A DNA stretch of 64,000 nt from Shuttleworthella sp. (GTDB lineage Bacteria; Bacillota; Clostridia; Lachnospirales; Lachnospiraceae): assembly GCA_045545575.1 (NCBI GenBank), contig JAZQBE010000028.1, positions 4,618-68,617 on the forward strand, given 5' to 3'. The notes beneath the pieces were generated by a model that did not search any database, had not been told where the DNA came from, and saw only the letters and a program-made list of their open reading frames with translations. This document shows positions 63,307 through 64,000 of this stretch, piece by piece; within the stretch, counting starts at the first letter, position 1; each line of letters begins with the position of its first letter. A program made the position numbers and the translations under genes.

Positions 63307-64000
63307 CTACTGCGGATTCGGCTTCGCCGGATTCTTCGCGCTCTGCCACTGGGACAGGTTCACCTGGGCGGACAGCGGCTTGCCGGTCTGGCCGGTCCGC
63401 GGTTCCACGGCCTGGAAGCAGGTATCCCAGTCGTAGCCGGCCGGACAGTTGGCCGTACCCTCAATTCTGAACGACGCGTTATAGCCGCCCACCGGCTCCT
63501 TCTCGTAGCTCCAGATCGTGGAGCGGGCTTCCCGGGCCTGAATGCCGGGATTGGTCACAGTCGCGTCCAGACCGAAGAAGTCAAGATCCCTGTCGTTCCA
63601 CTCGTTCTCGCCGCCCCGGTACACAAAGGTATCCGTGGTCTGCTTCGGCTGCAGGGTATTGTCGCCGAGCTTGAAGCGCACGTTGGTCAGGGTGGCGTCG
63701 ATCCGGTCGCCGCCATGCTTGACGCCGCCTTCCACGGCGATGGTAAAGGGCCAGGACGCGTTGAAATCGATCTTCGTCCAGTTCTCGTAGCCGAAGGTCA
63801 GCTCTTTGTCGTTGACGTAGCCGCGCAGGCATTTGTCGTTCTTGTTCCAGGTCAGGCGCACCTTGTAGGGCGTGCCGAGGACGGGCGTATTTCCCTTGTC
63901 GTCCATGGTGAAATGCAGGTAATGCTTGCCCTCGCCGCCGGCGACCGCCACCTTCTCCGGATCGTAAATGTTTTCCAGAACGAATTCCGTATTGCCTTTA
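63307..64000 (-). CDS. Hypothetical (possibly lectin/CBM-like) protein, C-terminal part only; the frame is open to the right window edge
   Basis: The reading frame continues upstream of the GTG listed in the track (..KGNTEFVLENIYDPEKVAVAGGEGKHYLHF..). It is beta-rich with no motif I can name. Confidence 0.5.
   Translation of the reverse strand, partial: KGNTEFVLENIYDPEKVAVAGGEGKHYLHFTMDDKGNTPVLGTPYKVRLTWNKNDKCLRGYVNDKELTFGYENWTKIDFNASWPFTIAVEGGVKHGGDRIDATLTNVRFKLGDNTLQPKQTTDTFVYRGGENEWNDRDLDFFGLDATVTNPGIQAREARSTIWSYEKEPVGGYNASFRIEGTANCPAGYDWDTCFQAVEPRTGQTGKPLSAQVNLSQWQSAKNPAKPNPQ

Noticed and set aside
1-64000. Dozens of long ORFs antisense to, or out of frame with, the genes called above. 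Examples are 1426-2208(-), 5967-6938(+), 10253-11581(+), 21172-22566(+), 30982-32364(+), 38698-39765(+), 41720-42706(-), 60709-61818(+) and 43282-43944(-).
   Set aside because: These are typical shadow ORFs of GC-rich DNA. They are Arg/Ala/Gly/Pro-rich, have no RBS, contain no recognisable motif, and are fully overlapped by genes with clear family signatures on the other strand or frame.
1-64000. A search for CRISPR arrays, rRNA/tRNA genes, IS elements, integrases and prophage genes.
   Set aside because: I saw no regularly spaced direct repeats, no tRNA-like cloverleaf segments in the few intergenic gaps, and no transposase or integrase motifs in any credible ORF. This was inspection by eye only, so small or degenerate elements could be missed.

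Overview
This is a 64-kb chromosomal segment from a high-GC Firmicute. The Clostridia-like gene content and RBS style are inference only. I call about 50 tightly packed protein genes, almost all on the minus strand.

Gene order, left to right:
- An edge-truncated lipoprotein gene.
- An ECF-type sigma factor and a membrane anti-sigma pair.
- A small AT-rich membrane-protein gene.
- uvrB, preceded by a DinJ-type antitoxin / YoeB toxin cassette. The toxin 3' end overlaps the uvrB start.
- An orphan sugar-binding lipoprotein, an AraC regulator and a GH78 rhamnosidase.
- dtd and secA.
- A ~0.9-kb non-coding gap. It holds a near-consensus promoter facing away from secA and an ORF-less, A/G-rich ~0.6-kb unit closed by a hairpin.
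- map (with a SEC-C motif), a P60 endopeptidase, veg, plsC and ddl.
- A MurF-type ligase with a polytopic membrane N-terminus, then an alpha/beta hydrolase, an XRE regulator and hpf.
- A WYL regulator.
- A GlpA-like / FAD oxidoreductase / DUF1667 operon.
- A secreted protein, dfx and a two-domain ppk2.
- pgmB, araD, an FGGY kinase and a GH2 enzyme.
- A DtxR/MntR-like regulator, a GH78-like glycosidase and a domain-permuted GH3.
- pyk and htrA.
- A >16-kb cell-wall glycopolymer cluster: LCP ligase, priming phosphotransferase, UDP-sugar pyrophosphorylase, GtrA, L,D-transpeptidase, a double GT2, a 1362-aa four-module glycosyltransferase and an SGNH-like protein. Three secreted enzymes in or beside this cluster share a 134-aa triple-repeat module.

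I did not recognise any rRNA, tRNA, CRISPR array, transposase or integrase by eye. All functional calls rest on motifs read by eye from the translations. No database search, HMM scan or folding program was run. Start codons were refined by looking for RBS sequences and are best guesses.
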